Shown: one piece after another, positions 60,929 through 64,000 of the stretch | Layout: every line of letters starts with the position of its first letter | How positions within the stretch are numbered: the first letter of the stretch is position 1 | Source of the DNA: Candidatus Levyibacteriota bacterium | GTDB taxonomy: Bacteria > Patescibacteriota > Microgenomatia > Levybacterales > UBA12049 | Direction of reading: 5' to 3' | Assembly (NCBI GenBank): GCA_049519175.1 | Contig: JBEKQZ010000001.1 | Span: forward strand, 335,679-399,678 | Length of the DNA: 64,000 nt | Notes under the pieces: generated by a model | Database searches by the model: none | Told to the model about the DNA's origin: nothing | The model's input: the letters and a program-made list of their open reading frames with translations, nothing else | Translations under genes and position numbers: made by a program

Positions 60929-62317
60929 CTAAGACGCTGTTTTGGCAATCGAGTTTATAAAAGTTTTTAACTCATTAAATTTTTCGTCGACAACCTTCTT
61001 ATCATATCCTTCAACGTTAAGCCGCAGTAACGGTTCCGTATTGGATGTCCGGACGTTAAAACGCCAACCGGGATAGGAAAAAGAAACTCCATCAATGTCA
61101 TTGAATTCTCCGTCTTTATATTTCTCTTTTAGCGCAGCGAGAATTTCTTTAGAGTTTAACACCGCGAAATTAAATTCGCCAGATTCATAGCTCCTTCTTA
61201 GCTCCTCAACTATTTGAGACAGGGATTTATTTTCCTCGGAAATAACTTTAAGAACAATTAATATTATCGGTAAATTAGATTCAGCGTTGCCATTTGCTCT
61301 AAAGAACATGTGCCCTGACGACTCACCCGCAAAAATTCCTCCGGTCTTATTCATAGCCTCCGTTATGTAGGCGTGCCCAACTCTGACAATTTCCGATTTC
61401 CCGCCGAATTCTTTAACTATTTTCTGCGGACCCAAAATATCCCGAATATCAAAATAAATAATTTCTCCCGGATATTTTTTTAATAGTTCCCTGGCAACAA
61501 TCGCCGTAATACTGGTAGCGTGAACAATGTTTCCTTTTTCGTCGATAAAATATAGCCTATCGGCATCGCCGTCTGTCGCCAAACCGAGATCGGCATGTTC
61601 TTCAATCACTTTTGCTTGAAGATCTTTTAAGGTTTCGAAGTTGAGGGGGTTTGGTTCATGAACAGGAAAACTGCCATCCAGCTCAAAATTCATTTTGATT
61701 AAATCAGCGGGAACTTTATCAAATAAAGCACTGATATATTGCGCTCCCATAGCATTTCCCGGATCCGCAACTATTTTTAATTTTTTAACCGTGGGATTTC
61801 CAAGTAAGTCTAAAGCAACTTTAACTTCATCTTCCAAGATTCCTGTTTTAGGAGTTATTTTACCCGGTTGGGACGGAGTAATTACTATTTTCTCTTCAGC
61901 AAGGCGCTTAACCTCGTCCATTCCGGTTGGCTTACCAATTTTCACTAATCCTTTCGGGCCACGTAAAGCAAACTTCATACCATTGTATTCTTTCGGATTA
62001 TGGGAAGCAGTTATTTGTATTCCACAGTCATAACCATAATGGAAAACGGCAAAGTAAAAAGATGGCGTTGAAAGTTGCCCGGCGTCTATAACATTTGCAC
62101 CTATCTCAACGAGGGTTTTCTTTGCTACTGCAAAAAGTTGGGGACCCGAGAGTCTCATGTCATACGCAAGGACAATGCTAAGCTGATTTTTACCTATCTT
62201 CTTAAGAAAAAATTTATAAATTGCTTTAATTATTTGAGCGGTGTTCTCTTCGTTTATTTGCGTAGGGTAAATTCCGCGGATGTCGTAAGACTTAAAAATT
62301 GACGGATCTATTTGCAT
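60929..62317 (-). CDS. Phosphomannomutase/phosphoglucomutase
   Basis: YDIRG, TASHNP, DGDADR, GESSGH, R.SNTEP. Confidence 0.94.
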   Translation of the reverse strand: MQIDPSIFKSYDIRGIYPTQINEENTAQIIKAIYKFFLKKIGKNQLSIVLAYDMRLSGPQLFAVAKKTLVEIGANVIDAGQLSTPSFYFAVFHYGYDCGIQITASHNPKEYNGMKFALRGPKGLVKIGKPTGMDEVKRLAEEKIVITPSQPGKITPKTGILEDEVKVALDLLGNPTVKKLKIVADPGNAMGAQYISALFDKVPADLIKMNFELDGSFPVHEPNPLNFETLKDLQAKVIEEHADLGLATDGDADRLYFIDEKGNIVHATSITAIVARELLKKYPGEIIYFDIRDILGPQKIVKEFGGKSEIVRVGHAYITEAMNKTGGIFAGESSGHMFFRANGNAESNLPIILIVLKVISEENKSLSQIVEELRRSYESGEFNFAVLNSKEILAALKEKYKDGEFNDIDGVSFSYPGWRFNVRTSNTEPLLRLNVEGYDKKVVDEKFNELKTFINSIAKTAS

Positions 62318-62326
62318 AAATTAATC

Positions 62327-63013
62327 TTATAAATCGGCTAGGAAAAAGTCAATGGACCGCTCCAGAGAATAGGGAATTTTACCGGTTTTTAAAGCTAAAT
62401 CCATCTCGAATAAATTTTGATAAGAAGACTTCAGTTTTTCTTCGCCAAACATTTTCGCTTGTCTTTGCATTTTCCCCAGTTGCCACGGCGCCATTCTTTT
62501 TACCTCGTCAATTTTGTCCGAACCGTCAAGATCAAGCATTATTCTGAACTGCCGAACTAGCATAAAGAAAATTAACTCAACTTCCATGCTTTGTTTTAAT
62601 TCATGAAAAAGTTTGATCAGCATTTCCGCATTATTTGGTCTAACATTATCTAAAAAAGTGAATAGGATTTGCGGAAAAGAAAAAGTTTTAACCGTGGCGT
62701 TTTTTAAAAGCGCTTGACTTGTTTTAGAAAGTTCGGTCGATTCCCAAAAAACAATTGACAAGTTTTTATTGCTATTTAGATACTCGACAATCTTTTTCGT
62801 TTCGATTGCCGTCGATTTATTCTTAGTGAAAAAGTTTTCAACTAGAATCGTCTGCTCGCTGCCAAACAGCGATTTATTTTCGGCGTTTTGGAAAAACTGG
62901 TCGAAAGTTAAACCATCCCCTTCCAATAAAATTACATCAATCAGTTTATTTTTTTCCTCGAAATAAAAGTTACGCGAAGCCGCTAAATCGTTTCCGTGAA
63001 TTAGCAATATCAT
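62327..63013 (-). CDS. holA: DNA polymerase III delta subunit (short form)
   Basis: LIHG, SLFG, PWQ..K, D...K.G C-terminal pattern. Confidence 0.65.
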   Translation of the reverse strand: MILLIHGNDLAASRNFYFEEKNKLIDVILLEGDGLTFDQFFQNAENKSLFGSEQTILVENFFTKNKSTAIETKKIVEYLNSNKNLSIVFWESTELSKTSQALLKNATVKTFSFPQILFTFLDNVRPNNAEMLIKLFHELKQSMEVELIFFMLVRQFRIMLDLDGSDKIDEVKRMAPWQLGKMQRQAKMFGEEKLKSSYQNLFEMDLALKTGKIPYSLERSIDFFLADL

Positions 63014-63014
63014 A

Positions 63015-63449
63015 CTATTTATTAATTATAGCCTTTCTATACTCGTCATACAGCATATTGGCGGTTTTTTGCAAATGACGACTTTGCGTAATATGTGGAA
63101 CCAAGGCGCCGGAAAAATTGCGGGGAATATGCAGTAACTCGTGGATTAAGACCTTAATTTTTTCTTCCGGACCCAATTTATCGTAGTGCCTCGCTAAAAC
63201 TTCTATGACATACGCCGGTTCCAATCCCAAAGCGTCCTGAAAAATCTTGGGAAACGACCAAATCCGGGCATAAGAACGCGATTTTGAACCCTGGGTGCGG
63301 TAACAAAAAATTTTATTCGGCTTAACGTAAGGCAAGTCGATAGTTCTGAGGATTTGCGTAACGTCTTTTTTAACATCCGGCGCTTTTTCCCATCCCAATT
63401 TCGAAGTTTGAATTTTGGTTTGCGTAGTTTTGACTTTTGAAAATTTCAT
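63015..63449 (-). CDS. Putative zinc metallopeptidase
   Basis: ARIW, Y.IE, LIHELLHIP..F.G. Confidence 0.7.
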   Translation of the reverse strand: MKFSKVKTTQTKIQTSKLGWEKAPDVKKDVTQILRTIDLPYVKPNKIFCYRTQGSKSRSYARIWSFPKIFQDALGLEPAYVIEVLARHYDKLGPEEKIKVLIHELLHIPRNFSGALVPHITQSRHLQKTANMLYDEYRKAIINK

Positions 63450-63467
63450 TAATCTTTAATCAGTAAT

Positions 63468-63995
63468 CTAGGTGTGTTTGTCTGCCACATAAGATGCAGC
63501 ATAGGCATTCGGCTTGGTTCTGGCGACAAAACCGTTGCCGGTGACCATTCCAACCACTTCTTTAATCATGTTGCGTGTTTCGCCGTGCTCGCCAACATCA
63601 ACGTGAATTTCCAGATTATAATTCGGCGCTTTGCCGTTTAGTTGCCTACGAAAAAGCGGCACGAAAACGGTAGCGAAATTTAAGGAGGTTAATGTTTCAG
63701 TATAAATTTTCTCCCGCAAGGTGTGGATGTTTTTCACCGTTTGTCTTCGCCAGAAATACTGTCCGCCAAAACCTTTACGGTGAATGACAATTGCCGTCAC
63801 CAAATTAATATCCTTGGTTCCGTCAAGCGGTTTTTTCGAAGCGGTTTTTTCGTGCGAATCGGTGCCAATTACCAAGCTATATTCGGCATTCGGGTCTTCT
63901 TCCAAAAAATGTTTAATGTCACCGATAATTTGGTCTACATCCTGTTTACCATAGGTTGCGCTTTGAAAAATTTCGTCCGTCAAATCCTGGTTCAT
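63468..63995 (-). CDS. RNase H-like YkuK family protein
   Basis: IGTDS, EIHVDVG..G.T, KP.AYAA..VAD. Confidence 0.85.
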   Translation of the reverse strand: MNQDLTDEIFQSATYGKQDVDQIIGDIKHFLEEDPNAEYSLVIGTDSHEKTASKKPLDGTKDINLVTAIVIHRKGFGGQYFWRRQTVKNIHTLREKIYTETLTSLNFATVFVPLFRRQLNGKAPNYNLEIHVDVGEHGETRNMIKEVVGMVTGNGFVARTKPNAYAASYVADKHT

Positions 63996-64000
63996 AAATT

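Overview
AT-rich, very gene-dense bacterial chromosome segment. Gene content and style suggest Patescibacteria/CPR, probably Microgenomates; this is an inference, not a marker-gene result. (1) 1-28 kb: a large surface-glycosylation locus with WbpB/D/E-like diamino-sugar enzymes, a deacetylase/ATP-grasp/PHP trio, two NDP-sugar C-methyltransferases, a GDP-mannose 3',5'-epimerase-like enzyme, RmlC, Wzx, many GT2/GT4 enzymes, at least five GT-C-like membrane proteins and an O-antigen-ligase-like protein. (2) 28-64 kb: mostly housekeeping genes (tRNA-Thr/Asp/Gly, F1Fo atp operon, dnaE, gatCAB, murT-gatD, htpX-lemA, polX, pyrG, rplS, yraN, uvrB, lexA, dedA, rsmI, eno, ppsA, cupin PGI, PMM, holA), interrupted by single apparently foreign genes. 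The most striking signal is an integrase-free cassette array behind yraN (50.96-52.11 kb). Three accessory ORFs each have their own sigma70-like promoter, and they are separated by two diverged copies of the last 9-11 codons of yraN (IEHIENISGF* / YIEKISGF* / INHIKNISGY*). I found no rRNA, CRISPR array, transposase or integrase.
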